The notes under the pieces were generated by a model. It did no database searches and was not told the origin of the DNA. It worked only from the letters and a program-made list of their open reading frames with translations. A stretch of DNA of 63,306 nucleotides, the filler included. It is 9 parts of 9 records of this genome, joined end to end, with 100 filler letters (N's around TTAATTAATTAA, not from the genome) between each part and the next. Parts side by side here need not be neighbours in the genome. Positions count along the whole stretch, not along the records: positions 17,140 to 22,774 come from SRR31147125_90739; positions 22,875 to 28,683 come from SRR31147125_90771; positions 28,784 to 37,839 come from SRR31147125_90800; 6 more parts are not named here. One strand, written 5' to 3'. Both the position numbers and the translations under genes were made by a program. Each line of letters opens with the position of its first letter. The stretch's first letter is position 1. Positions 20,864 to 31,992 of this stretch are shown in pieces.

Positions 20864-22774
20864 TTAACCACTTAACTTTTCCGTGTGCCGGCAATGGGGA
20901 AAACCTTTGCATCCCCAGAATTTTCCGTAACGCCCATTTCTTAGAACCATTGGCATGCCGCATTCAGCGCAAATCATTCCGGATTCAGGCTCGGGCGATT
21001 TTTCCCGATTTCCTGTTCTTACTTTTCCGGTTCTGTCCAGGCTTGCCTTCCAGCCGCATTTGGCTGAGCATGAAAAATAGGGGCCGAACCGTGCCTGCGT
21101 ATGCAATACCGTTGGGGCGGAGCAGTTATCACAGGGAGGATTCTCCTGGATTGTCAGCAGGTCGAAGGGGGAGGAGCCTTTTGAGTTACGATTATACCTG
21201 AGGCATTGATGTTCGGCCATCATGAGACATGCTTCCTTGCTGTTGATGCGCAGCATGCTCTCATCGGTTTTACCGGTGTGGGAGAGGGGTTGAGAGAACC
21301 ATGCCATAGAATTCTGTCATCTATGAAGCAGATTTTTTCATGTACCGATGAACGCAAATCAACTACGACCCCAAGGTTACGCATCATACCAATCGCCTCT
21401 TCACTATCATTATTGTTGATGTTACCTTGAGTGCCTGGAGGCCTTGTCACTGCTCGCAGTGCTACACCTTGTTTTGTCTTTTCGCGAAAAATATCTCCCC
21501 AGTATCCCACCCGCCTCGTGGTGCAAAAGCCGGAGAAAATGACGATCCCATTTTGGGCTGAAGCCATATCCGCTTTAAACGCATCATCGAAATTTGTTTC
21601 ATTGAAAACCGTTGTACTGCCCTTTGACTCGGGCAAATTGGCGTATGGAAGCTGTGGTTTTATAAAATCATTCGGCCCGAGATCAATGATTTCTTCGACC
21701 GATTTAACAACTCCATGGTTCTGCATGTCTTGTATTACATGCCGTAAGAGTGCACCTTTAGGAAGTTTGCTTTCCAAAAAGGGGCCATTGGCAAAAAGTA
21801 CGATTTGGGTTTTCGCCCGGCTGATAGCTACATTGATCAATTTGGCGCCGTCTTCATCAATCGACGTGGAAGTGACAAACTTGCTGAGATAGCCAACACC
21901 GAAGCTGTCGGGGATATCCAGGATAATAGTGTTTTTTTCATTTCCCTGGAAACGGTGCACCGTCCCACACTGAACTTGGTCAAGCCCGATCTCAGCGCAT
22001 AGCTTTGAAATGAATTTGGCTTGGGCGGCGTATGGCGTGATGATACCCAAATCTTCCGTCCCCTGAATATATTCCATTTCGTTGAGGTGATATGCGAGGT
22101 TTCGGACGGCAATGGCATGCAATACATTGTAACGGGAATAGGTCCCTCTTTTGAAATTGGCGAAGGGATAGAGAGGCGAAGTGTCCACCAGGGTCAGTAC
22201 GTCGGACAAAATTCCAGGGTGAGGTTCAGTTGTGGACGCCATACCAGTATTAGAATGGGTAATTAAACTCCCCCATAAAATGTCTCATTTATCAAATCGC
22301 AAATTTGTTCTTTCATTCGATACTGGGTGGTCAGCTGAACAAGATTGTCAGGTCTTTTCCCGTGTTGGACGGCTTTCGCCACCCCGGATTTGGAGAACAC
22401 ATCTCGGCCGACATATTTTGATACCGCCGGGTGGTCAGAACTTACAATTGGCGGTAATTGTCTAAAATCGCCTGCAATTATAACATTTTTTACTTAAACA
22501 GGCCACATAGGCTACCAGTGGAAGCTGGAGCATGGATGCTTCATCGATAACTACGGTGTCGAATGCATCAAATGATTTGGATTTAAGGTAGGTCTGGGTT
22601 GCAGTAGATGCTACAATCCGGCAATTCTTTAAAACATTTTCCCTTAGTTGACTGAGCTGCTGGTCTATTTTTTTTAGCTGATCACTGAGTTGCAAAGACT
22701 TCGCTCGGTATAGTTCAATTCTTTTTTCGACCGATTCGCGTGTACGGAGCGTGTCAATGAGAATGAGACACCTC
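20864..22774 (-). CDS. SF1 (DNA2/NAM7-type) helicase fused to a PLD-like nuclease domain and topoisomerase-type C4 zinc ribbons; 5'-partial; three frameshifts
   Basis: VVIDEASM, AGDFRQLPP, QYRM, ITPYAAQ, TVHRFQG, NVAISRAK, HEKICFID..WHGSLN, CAECG..MVLRNGRYGKFWGCKGFPHC. Breaks at homopolymers near 22490, 22272 and 21290. Confidence 0.8.
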
Positions 22775-22956
22775 NNNNNNNNNNNNNNNNNNNNNNNNNN
22801 NNNNNNNNNNNNNNNNNNTTAATTAATTAANNNNNNNNNNNNNNNNNNNNNNNNNNNNNNNNNNNNNNNNNNNNCCCTCAAAAAAAGAGGCCGCCAGGGT
22901 GTAAAAAACGAGGCTGAATAAGAGAAAGGTGAACTTTTCCTTAACCAGCCAGGTTT

Positions 22957-25449
22957 TTATTGTCTGTACTCCTGAATCCATTGCATTCTTTCCTTTTCAT
23001 CCATAAAAAAGGAATAATTGCCTGATGCCCGTTCACTGATGATCAGGTCCATGAAAAAATCATATACGGCATTTTCCGCCAGGGTATTGGCCACAAGGGC
23101 CGAATTCTGGGCATCCAGGAGATTGACAATGGAGACCGCACCGCTGGAATAGGCGTCCTGGACCAGGTTGAGGTTTTGCCCTGCTGCCCGGGCGCTCAAG
23201 CGCGCCAGTTCAATTGACGGCTGGGAGGCACTCAGGTCATACAGGGCGGACCGGATATTTTCTGATATCCGGTTCCGGGTATTGTATTTCAGGAAGACCA
23301 GTTGATTCTTGGTTTCAAGGGCTTTGATTTTCCTGGCCGACTTGGCCCCGCCTTCAAAAAAGGGCAGATCTATATTCAGGCCGATGGTCCACCGGGTGTC
23401 CTTGGGGTCCCTGAACAGGGGGGATAGGGAATCCGGCAGGGAAGAGGCATCAAAATCACTGCCTTCGCCACTCCGTGAAAAGGTGTTTCCCATATTGCCG
23501 TTTAAAGAGACATTGGGAGACCAGTAGGACCTTTTGGCCAGGTTGTAGGCATCCTCCTGGATCATGATCTGCTCGTCAATGGCCTTGATTTCCGGTGAGG
23601 CTTCAATCCCTTTTTGCACGATAAAATCCCTCAGGGTCCTGAAATCCTTAGGGTTATTGACTTTAATGGCGGATCTGATCCCGGGATCATTGAAGATAAA
23701 GGTCCCGTCATCCAGCCGGATCTCTTTTATGGTGGTATTGTCTTCCTGGTCCAGGTTGAGGAGCTGGTTGAGTCTGAGCCTGGCCTTGCCCACTGCGGCC
23801 AGGGCATCCAGGAAATTGGCATAGGCAATGGCGGCCTCGCTTTCCAGGCGGTAGACATCGGACGGGCCAGAAGCCCCGGCCTTATACCGGTTATTGGCAA
23901 GGACCAGGTTGGACCGGACAAGATTCAGATTATCCAGTTGGATCCTGGCATTGGCCCGTGATTTAAGCATGCCCAGATAGGCCAGGCCGGTTTCAAGGAT
24001 GATATCCAGTCTCTCCTGGTATTCGGACAGGGTCTGGATATTTTCAAGGCGCCGGCTGGTCTTCAGGTTTGTGTAGACCTGGTCCGAATAGAGGAGCTGG
24101 CTCACCCGGGCGGCAATGTCCCAGGAACGCTCCGCCACCCCGGTGAGGGCCGAGGTATGGTCTTTGTCCATGGCGGTCCATTTCAGTCCCGCCCCCAGTT
24201 GGGGATAGAATTTGGCCAGGGCTTCCTTGACATCCATTTTGGCGACCTGGGTTTCTTTGGCGCGGCTTTTCAGGATCAGGTTGTTTTCAAGGGCCCGGTT
24301 TACGGCATCCAAAAGGGAAAGGCTGGTCCGGGTTTCATTGAGGCCGAATACCGTCAGGTCCAAAGACCCGGCATCATCGGTGACCAGGGAGGATAAGGGC
24401 AGGCCCTCCCTGGTTGTGGATTTGGGTCCGGTTACGGCCTTGCTTTGAATCACTTCGGCTTTGGCAAGCAGGGAGAAGCTGGGAGAAATATTGAGCCGCT
24501 GGGCGGTCTGCATATTAATCACCAGGCTGTCCCTGCTTGAAAAGGCAACCTTGAAATCCGCCGGATTTTCCCTGAGCAGGATGCGCTGGGTCAAAATGGC
24601 AATGCGCCTGGAAAAGCGGTTCATTTCATCTGTACGGTCAAATCCGGCCAGCATGCCTTTTTCAACCATTTTTCTGTCGTGGAGGGTAAAACTGGGAATG
24701 CCTTTTTCCGTCAGGTATTCAATGAGATCTGATACGCCGGCCGGTCCCAGCTGCACCAGGTGTCCCAAAAATACCGCCTGGGTATGCTCATTCACCTGGG
24801 TTTTGATAGGATCCAGACGGCTGCCCACGGGAATGAATTTGAATTGAATTCCGGTTTTCTTTTTAAATTCCCCTATGAAATTATTTTTAATAACTAAAGA
24901 CTCCCCAAGGGAGTCATCATACAAAAAGGTGGCCGATTCAAACGGGGTCACCTGACTGAACTCTTTTATATTCCCTTCAACATTCGGGGAAAAGACCACA
25001 TAGGAGAGATTTTTAACACCGCTTTTGCCCTGTTTCATGGGAATCCCCTGGAGTTGGGGGTTCAAAACGATCCCTGCGATACAGGGTTTGGAAAACCGGG
25101 TGTAAGTACTGCCCATGATCTGGGAACTTAAGGGGCCCAGGGTCAGGATCATACTGACATCCGGGTTTCCCATGAGCCGGTCGATGCCGGCTTTGATGCT
25201 GGCCTGGCTGCAGTCGGATACGATATTGTATTTTGCCGGGAACCGGACCTTGAATTCCCCTTTGGTCAGGGATAATACTTCTTCTCTGATTTCATCCAGC
25301 AATTGAATGTCGGATGCGGCTTTGCAATCATGGACCACACCGATGTTAAACGGAGATGCGGCATACCCCGGGGCCAGAAGGCTGAGTGTCAACAGGACCG
25401 GCCCTATTAAGCTTGTAATTATTTTAAAAAATTGCATGACAGACTCCAA
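22957..25449 (-). CDS. TolC-family outer membrane protein with N-terminal periplasmic-binding-protein-like domain (alternative ATG at 25437)
   Basis: C-terminal ~450 aa carry outer-membrane efflux repeats (SLLDAVNRALENN, FYPQL, LLDAQN). N-terminal ~330 aa resemble an ABC substrate-binding fold (LVINMQTAQRLNI). Confidence 0.8.
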   Translation of the reverse strand: MESVMQFFKIITSLIGPVLLTLSLLAPGYAASPFNIGVVHDCKAASDIQLLDEIREEVLSLTKGEFKVRFPAKYNIVSDCSQASIKAGIDRLMGNPDVSMILTLGPLSSQIMGSTYTRFSKPCIAGIVLNPQLQGIPMKQGKSGVKNLSYVVFSPNVEGNIKEFSQVTPFESATFLYDDSLGESLVIKNNFIGEFKKKTGIQFKFIPVGSRLDPIKTQVNEHTQAVFLGHLVQLGPAGVSDLIEYLTEKGIPSFTLHDRKMVEKGMLAGFDRTDEMNRFSRRIAILTQRILLRENPADFKVAFSSRDSLVINMQTAQRLNISPSFSLLAKAEVIQSKAVTGPKSTTREGLPLSSLVTDDAGSLDLTVFGLNETRTSLSLLDAVNRALENNLILKSRAKETQVAKMDVKEALAKFYPQLGAGLKWTAMDKDHTSALTGVAERSWDIAARVSQLLYSDQVYTNLKTSRRLENIQTLSEYQERLDIILETGLAYLGMLKSRANARIQLDNLNLVRSNLVLANNRYKAGASGPSDVYRLESEAAIAYANFLDALAAVGKARLRLNQLLNLDQEDNTTIKEIRLDDGTFIFNDPGIRSAIKVNNPKDFRTLRDFIVQKGIEASPEIKAIDEQIMIQEDAYNLAKRSYWSPNVSLNGNMGNTFSRSGEGSDFDASSLPDSLSPLFRDPKDTRWTIGLNIDLPFFEGGAKSARKIKALETKNQLVFLKYNTRNRISENIRSALYDLSASQPSIELARLSARAAGQNLNLVQDAYSSGAVSIVNLLDAQNSALVANTLAENAVYDFFMDLIISERASGNYSFFMDEKERMQWIQEYRQ

Positions 25450-25451
25450 AA

Positions 25452-28400
25452 CTATTTGGCTGAAATATTAAAAAACAGGGTATACAATACGGGTACGAAT
25501 ATCATGGTCAGAACCGAAGCAAAGACCAGCCCGCCGATGATGGTCACCGCCATGGAAATGAAAAAGGCGTCCATAACCAGGGGGGCCATGCCAAGGGCTG
25601 TGGTGGAGGCGGCCATGCCCACCGGGATCAGACGGCTTGCCCCGGAATCGACGACGGCGGCCAGCTTTTCTTTCCCCTGGCCGATCTGAAGATTGATTTC
25701 ATCAATCAGGACAATGGCATTTTTAATGAGCATGCCCGAGAGGCTTAAAAAGCCCAGGATGGCCATGAAGCCGAAGGGCTGGTTGGTGATCAGAAGGCCG
25801 CCGGTCACCCCGATCAATGCCAGGGGGACGCATAAAAAGATGATCAGGGGCTGTTTGATGGCGTTAAACAGGCAGATGACCACAAGCACCATGATCAGAA
25901 AGACCACGGGCAGCAGGCCGAACAGGGATTCCTGGGCATCGGCCGAGCTTTCATACTCGCCCCCCATTCCACATGGTATCCCATGGGCAGATCCAGTTCT
26001 GCAATGGGGTCCATGAGTGCGTCCTGGAGCCGGCTTGTCATCACGCCGAGCTTGGGCTCGCACTTGACCGTGATGGTGCGCATCCTATTGAGCCGCCAGA
26101 TGATATTGTCTTCATACACGGTTTCAAATCCCGCCACCACCTGGCGCAGGGGAATCATCCTCCCGGCTTTGGGGCTCCATATCTGAAGGTTTCGGATGCT
26201 TTCCACACTGACCCGTTCACTTTCCTGGGCCCGGATATAGATGGGCAGGAACTCATCCTTTTCCCGGTAAAGCCCCACGGCCCGGCCGGTTTCAAAGGAC
26301 TGCTGCAGCACCCTGGCCACATCGGGCTTGGTGATTCCGTTGAGATTGGCCTGTTCGTCGGCCAGAACCACCCGGATGGCCTTGGTCCGCTGTTCCCAGT
26401 CCGTATTCAGGGTGGTGGCAAGGTTTGTATCCGCCATGATTTTGAGCATCTGGGTGGATAATTGGCGCAGGACATCGGCATCCGGGCCAAGGATCCGAAG
26501 TTCCACCTTTGGCCCCCCGGATCCCATGGCGAATTTTTCAACCTTTGGCCTGGCGTCCGGGAAATTATTGAACAGCCAGGTTTCGATCTGGGCCATCATC
26601 CCGTCGATTTCCCTGTAATCATGGACATCCACAAGGAATTGGACATAGGCGGAATTTTCCAGTTCCGGGGCATAGGTCAGAATGAACCGCAGCCCCCCTT
26701 TGCCGATAAGGGAGGTCACATTTTTAACATGATCCAGTTCCATGAGATAGGATTCGATCTTGGCGGCCTGGCGCTCGGTCTCTGTGATATGGGTGCCCTG
26801 GGGCAGCCAGAATCCCACCATGAACTGGGGCCTTGTGGAGTCCGGGAAAAAGCTTTTCTTCACGTTCCCGAATGCGATGAGGGAGATAATAAAGATCACC
26901 GCAACCACCAGGGCGGTGATCCATTTAAACCGGATACAGGTTTTGAGTACGGATTTATAGCCGTTAAAGAATTTTGTATCATAGGGATCTTTATTTCCAT
27001 TTCCGTCGTTTTTCGCCGGCGGCTTCAGAAACATGACACCCAGAAGCGGGGTCACGGTCACCGCCGTGACCCAGCTCATGGAAAGGGAGTAGAGGATGAC
27101 CTGGTAAAGGGAACGGCAGAATTCCCCGGTACTGTCCTGGGAGGTGCCGATGGCCGCAAAGGCGAGGATGGCCACACCAGTGGCGCCCAGCAGGGGCATG
27201 GACGTCTGTTTGACCACGGATACGGCAGCCTCTTTGCCGTCCATGCCCTGCTTTATCCGCGTGGCCATACCGTCAATGACGACAATGGCGTTGTCCACCA
27301 GCATTCCCAGGGCAATGATCAGGGCTCCCAGGGAAATCCGTTCCAGGGCCACGGCATTGATTTTCATGAGGATGAAGGTGGCGAATATGGTGAGGACCAG
27401 GATAAATCCGATGATGGAGGCGCTTCTCAGCCCCATGAAGAGCATGAGCACCACAATGACGATGGCCACCGCTTCCACCAGGTTGATCAAAAAGCCCTTG
27501 ATGGCCTGGGTGACCGTATCGGACTGGTAGGATATGGCGGAGATTTTAATGCCCAGCGGGGTTTCTGCTTTAAGCTCCTTGAGCCGTTCTTTAACGGCTT
27601 CGCCCATGACCACGGCATTGCCGCCGGAGACCGTGGAGATTCCCAGGCCGATGCCGGGGCTGCCGTCATACCGGAGGATGGTGGTCTGGGGTTCCACATA
27701 CCCCCGCAGGATCAGGGCAATGTCTTTTAAGTAAATCTGCTTTTCAGATCCGGGAACCGGGATGAGCAGGTTTTCAAACTGTTTTACCGTATTAAATGTG
27801 CCGGTGGCCTCTATCCTGAGCAATTCGTTTCCCACACGGACCCTTCCTGCATCCGCCACCATGTTTTTGGCCTGAAGTGCCTGCTCAATGGCGGACTCGG
27901 GAACCCCCAGCTGGCTCATGCGGTCCCGGTTCAACTCGATGGTCACCGCCTCGTTGCGCATGCCGTAGGTTTCGATCTTGGCCACATCCTGAACCAGGAG
28001 AAGCTCCCGGCGCAGCATTTTGACATATTCCTTGAGTTCGGCATAGGTATACTCATCCCCGGTAATGGCCAGAAAGACCCCGTATACATCTCCGTAATCG
28101 TCCACCACCATGGAGGGGCCGGCACCCGGGGGAAGCTCCCTCTGGGCGTCATTGATTTTGCGCCGCAGTTCATCCCAGACCTGGGGCAGGGTGGTTTTGT
28201 CATAGTTGTTTTTTATGGTGACCGTCAGTGTGGACATGCCCGGGACGGAACGGGATGTGACCTCGTCCAGCTGGCCCATTTTCTGGACGGCAAGCTCCAA
28301 TGTGTCCGAGACTTCCTTTTCAACCTCCAGGGCGGACGCGCCGGGATAGGGGGTGATGACAAGGGCGTCCTTGATGGTGAATTCAGGATCCTCAAGGCGG

Positions 28401-28498
28401 CCCAATTTCTTATACGAACTCAGTCCGCCAAAAATCACTAAAAAAATCATAAACCAGGTAATGACCCGGTAACGGATCGCAAGTGCTGCGATATTCAT
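25452..28498 (-). CDS. RND efflux permease (AcrB/AcrD/AcrF family); frameshift near 25960
   Basis: LGRLEDPEFTIK, GMLVDNAIVV, GMLIKNAIVL. The two ORFs join at a G run (EWGG-EYESS). Confidence 0.9.
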
Positions 28499-28683
28499 TG
28501 CGCATCACCTCCCTGCTGCTTCTCCACCAACAACTTCACCCGCTTCCCTTCTTTGAGCAGATGCACGCCCGCCGCCGCCAGACGATCTCCAGCCTGTACA
28601 CCACTGGTAATCTCGACCGAATTCACCGACATCGTGCCGACTTTTACATCACACTTGTGTACCGTATAGGCGCCGCCCGTATT
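28495..28683 (-). CDS. RND periplasmic adaptor subunit, C-terminal fragment
   Basis: ...VKVGTMSVNSVEITSGVQAGDRLAAAGVHLLKEGKRV...; its TGA overlaps the permease ATG (ATGA). Confidence 0.8.
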   Translation of the reverse strand, partial: NTGGAYTVHKCDVKVGTMSVNSVEITSGVQAGDRLAAAGVHLLKEGKRVKLLVEKQQGGDAQ

Positions 28684-28783
28684 NNNNNNNNNNNNNNNNN
28701 NNNNNNNNNNNNNNNNNNNNNNNNNNNTTAATTAATTAANNNNNNNNNNNNNNNNNNNNNNNNNNNNNNNNNNNNNNNNNNNN

Positions 28784-28978
28784 GGAGTTTCACCGAAAGG
28801 CTTCGATGGTCGCGGGAACTACTCGCTTGGAATCAAGGAACAGATTATCTTCCCGGAAATCGATTATGATAAAATCGATAAAATCAAAGGGTTGAACATT
28901 TCAATCGTCACATCAGCTCCGACAAACAAAGAAGGGCTTGAGCTGCTGAGACTGATGGGAATGCCTTTTAAAAAGTAA
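28784..28978 (+). CDS. rplE: 50S ribosomal protein L5; 5'-partial
   Basis: [33 protein letters not shown]...GMPFKK. Confidence 0.95.
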   Translation, partial: GVSPKGFDGRGNYSLGIKEQIIFPEIDYDKIDKIKGLNISIVTSAPTNKEGLELLRLMGMPFKK

Positions 28979-29023
28979 ACGAATTTAAGCAAGCGCATAT
29001 TCAGGACTTATTTGGAGGTTGGT

Positions 29024-29209
29024 TTGGCTAAGAAATCAATGATTGCTCGGGCACAGCGGGAGCCGAAGTTCAAGGTTCGCAAATATAACCGTTGTCCGCT
29101 CTGTGGACGTTCACGGGCCTACATTCGGAAAGTCGGCGTATGCCGCATCTGCTTCCGTACCCTGGCTTCGAAAGGTGAAATTACAGGCGTAACCAAGTCC
29201 AGCTGGTAA
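29024..29209 (+). CDS. rpsN: 30S ribosomal protein S14, zinc-binding type
   Basis: TTG start after [14 protein letters not shown]...CRICFR. Confidence 0.95.
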   Translation: MAKKSMIARAQREPKFKVRKYNRCPLCGRSRAYIRKVGVCRICFRTLASKGEITGVTKSSW

Positions 29210-29265
29210 CGGACTGCAGGTGGTGTACGGCAAAATCGGGTGAAATCATATAAGGAGTGTTCGCT

Positions 29266-29664
29266 ATGTCAATGAGCGACCCCCTGGCAGACATGCTGAC
29301 CAGGATAAGAAACGCAGTAATGGTGAAATACGATTCGGTTGAAATGCCGAAATCGAAAATCAAGGTGAATGTGGCCAAGGTCCTGCAGGATGAAGGGTAT
29401 ATTGCGGGCTGGGAAGAAACCGATAACGGTCCCCAGGGCACACTGATCATCAACCTCAAGTATGGACCCGGGGGCGAGTCGGTAATCACCGGAATAAAAC
29501 GTGTGAGTAAACCTGGTTTGAGGCAGTACGCGCGGGCAGGTTCCATTCCAACCGTTTTGAACGGACTCGGTGTATCAATCATTTCAACATCTCAGGGTCT
29601 GCTGAGTGATCGCGCTGCCCGCAAGGCTAACACCGGCGGCGAGGTTCTGTGCCAGGTCTGGTAG
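29266..29664 (+). CDS. rpsH: 30S ribosomal protein S8
   Basis: [17 protein letters not shown]...SKPGLR. Confidence 0.97.
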   Translation: MSMSDPLADMLTRIRNAVMVKYDSVEMPKSKIKVNVAKVLQDEGYIAGWEETDNGPQGTLIINLKYGPGGESVITGIKRVSKPGLRQYARAGSIPTVLNGLGVSIISTSQGLLSDRAARKANTGGEVLCQVW

Positions 29665-29686
29665 ATTACCGTTAACGGAGGAAAAC

Positions 29687-30232
29687 ATGTCCAGAATTGG
29701 AAAAATGCCCATCGATATTCCAGCGGGCGTCAAGGTTGAGGTTAAGGGCCAGGAAGTTTCCGTGACCGGTAAGAAAGGCAGTCTGGTACGAGTCGTGCGA
29801 CCTGAGATTGAACTCAAGGTTGAGGGCAGCCAGATTATCGTCGAGGCCGATAGCACTGATAAAAAGATAAATGCTTTCAGGGGCTTGACAAGGTCATTGG
29901 TGAACAACATGGTTATCGGCGTCGACCAGGGTTTCAAAAAAGTGCTGGTCATCGAAGGTGTTGGTTACCGGGCCAGTGCATCCGGCAAAAAGCTCACGCT
30001 CAGTGTCGGCTATTCTAACCCGGTCGAGTTTGAACTTCCCAAGGATGTTTCAGGCGCTGTTGAGAACAACACGACGATCATTCTTGAATCCATTGATAAG
30101 GAAGCACTCGGTTTGACTGCCGCACAGATCCGCGCTATCCGCAAGCCTGAGCCTTATAAGGGCAAGGGAATTCGATACGAAGGCGAATATATCCAGCGCA
30201 AGGCCGGCAAGACCGGTGCTGCAGCGGCGTAA
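29687..30232 (+). CDS. rplF: 50S ribosomal protein L6
   Basis: MSRIGK...PEPYKGKGIRY. True start is the ATG after GGAGG. Confidence 0.97.
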   Translation: MSRIGKMPIDIPAGVKVEVKGQEVSVTGKKGSLVRVVRPEIELKVEGSQIIVEADSTDKKINAFRGLTRSLVNNMVIGVDQGFKKVLVIEGVGYRASASGKKLTLSVGYSNPVEFELPKDVSGAVENNTTIILESIDKEALGLTAAQIRAIRKPEPYKGKGIRYEGEYIQRKAGKTGAAAA

Positions 30233-30274
30233 CATGCGAACGAAGAAGATATCTAACTGGTTGAGATAAAGACA

Positions 30275-30640
30275 ATGGCAAAAACAAATCCCAGCGCCGT
30301 TGCCCGGTTGAAGCGGGTCAAACGGATTCGGAAAAAGGTTGTTGGTACGAGTGAGAGGCCGCGACTGCGTGTTTTTAAGAGCAGCAGGCACATATACGCT
30401 CAGTTGATTGATGATTCGGCCGGTGCAACACTGGCCTCGATGTCGACCGTTGAAAAAGGATTTGAAAACGAGGATGAGAAAGGAAAAACCGCCGATGCCA
30501 AAAAAGTCGGAATGCTGATTGCCGAAAAAGCAAAGGCTGTCGGGGTTTCCAAGGTCGTTTTCGATCGCGGCGGCTGCCTCTATCATGGTCGGGTCAAGGC
30601 TCTGTCAGAAGGAGCCCGTGAAGGTGGATTGGAATTCTAA
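30275..30640 (+). CDS. rplR: 50S ribosomal protein L18
   Basis: RPRLRVFKS...[15 protein letters not shown]. Confidence 0.97.
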   Translation: MAKTNPSAVARLKRVKRIRKKVVGTSERPRLRVFKSSRHIYAQLIDDSAGATLASMSTVEKGFENEDEKGKTADAKKVGMLIAEKAKAVGVSKVVFDRGGCLYHGRVKALSEGAREGGLEF

Positions 30641-30663
30641 ATTGTTATTAATGGGGGTGTCCC

Positions 30664-31176
30664 TTGTCTGAGTTTAAACGTTCTAGAGGCGAAGCTGCTG
30701 AAGAACTCATTGAAAAGATAGTTTATATTAACAGGGTTGCCAAGGTCGTTAAAGGTGGTCGCCGGTTCAGTTTCAGCGCAATCGTCGTGGTCGGAGACGG
30801 CAACGGAAAAGTCGGTTACGGACTGGGCAAGGCCAACCAGGTTCCTGAGGCCATTCGCAAGGGTATCGAGCGGGCACGGAAGGACATGAGTTCCGTATCG
30901 TTGACCGATGTCTCTATTCCGCACGAGATCATTGGCAGATACGGCGCAGGAAAGGTCCTGCTCAAGCCGGCATCAGCCGGTACAGGTGTGATTGCCGGTG
31001 GACCTGTCCGTGCGGTCCTTGAGGCGGCTGGAGTATCCAATATCCTGACCAAGTGTCTCGGGTCTCACAACCCGCACAATATGGTCAAGGCGACTCTCGA
31101 CGGTTTGCGGAAGGTGAAGAGCGCTCAGAAGATCGCTGAGCTGCGCGGCAAGACAGTCGAGGAGATCCTGGCTTAG
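30664..31176 (+). CDS. rpsE: 30S ribosomal protein S5
   Basis: [16 protein letters not shown]...GTGVIAGG. Confidence 0.97.
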   Translation: MSEFKRSRGEAAEELIEKIVYINRVAKVVKGGRRFSFSAIVVVGDGNGKVGYGLGKANQVPEAIRKGIERARKDMSSVSLTDVSIPHEIIGRYGAGKVLLKPASAGTGVIAGGPVRAVLEAAGVSNILTKCLGSHNPHNMVKATLDGLRKVKSAQKIAELRGKTVEEILA

Positions 31177-31246
31177 ACAGGTCGGTAGATCCCGGGCGGT
31201 AATCGCGCAGGGAACGTTCATATAATTAGATAAATGGTGTAGTCAG

Positions 31247-31429
31247 ATGGCTGATACAATTACCTTTACCCAGGTCAAAAGCGGGATCGGAAGCACGCAG
31301 AAGATCCGGGCTACGTTGACGGGGCTTGGCCTTACGAAGATGCAGAAAACGGTTACCCGCAAAGATACCCCTGAAATTCGGGGGATGCTTGCCAAGGTCG
31401 CGCACCTTGTTCGAGTGGAGGAAAATTAA
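31247..31429 (+). CDS. rpmD: 50S ribosomal protein L30
   Basis: KSGIG...LGL...DTPEIRGML; operon position. Confidence 0.95.
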   Translation: MADTITFTQVKSGIGSTQKIRATLTGLGLTKMQKTVTRKDTPEIRGMLAKVAHLVRVEEN

Positions 31430-31921
31430 ATGATAACGCTTGCAAATCTTTCACCCCAGAAGGGTGCCAGAAAAGATCGCAAAAGGGTCGGCAGAGGACC
31501 TGGAAGCGGACTTGGCAAAACCTCCGGACGCGGTCACAAAGGGGCCAAATCCCGGTCGGGATATAAATCCAAGCCGGGTTTCGAGGGCGGCCAGATGCCG
31601 CTTCAGAGGCGTCTGCCCAAACGCGGGTTCAGCAACAAGTTCCGCAAGGAGTTCGATCTCGTCAGTCTGACCCAGCTCGATAGCCTTGATGCCGGGCAGG
31701 AAGTCACTGTCCAGACGCTGGTTGATGCCGGAATCGTGAAGGCGGGCCGGCTCGTAAAAGTTCTGGCCAACGGTGAAATCACCAAGGCACTGACCATCAC
31801 TGTGGACAAGGTGAGCGGCCAGGCTCGTGAGTTGATTGAAAAAGCCGGCGGCACCATCAGCGTGACGATTCCTGTTGAAGAAGATGTCCCGGCCGCTGAA
31901 GAGACTCCGGCGGCAGAATAG
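31430..31921 (+). CDS. rplO: 50S ribosomal protein L15
   Basis: RVGRGPGSGLGKTSGRGHKG...FEGGQMPLQRRLPKRGF. Confidence 0.97.
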   Translation: MITLANLSPQKGARKDRKRVGRGPGSGLGKTSGRGHKGAKSRSGYKSKPGFEGGQMPLQRRLPKRGFSNKFRKEFDLVSLTQLDSLDAGQEVTVQTLVDAGIVKAGRLVKVLANGEITKALTITVDKVSGQARELIEKAGGTISVTIPVEEDVPAAEETPAAE

Positions 31922-31992
31922 CAAGAAGAAGTTTTGATCAGGTGGCCGCTCTGTATTCAAGGGTGGCCGCTTTTTAGTGTTCAAGGACTATT

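Noticed and set aside
17140-22774. Programmed ribosomal frameshifting in the helicases
   Set aside because: Three breaks in one gene and similar breaks in unrelated contigs favour sequencing error.
26462-27730. 422-aa plus-strand ORF, and similar long antisense ORFs such as 2213-3031 and 30050-30586
   Set aside because: Shadow ORFs opposite well-supported genes, with no recognisable motifs.
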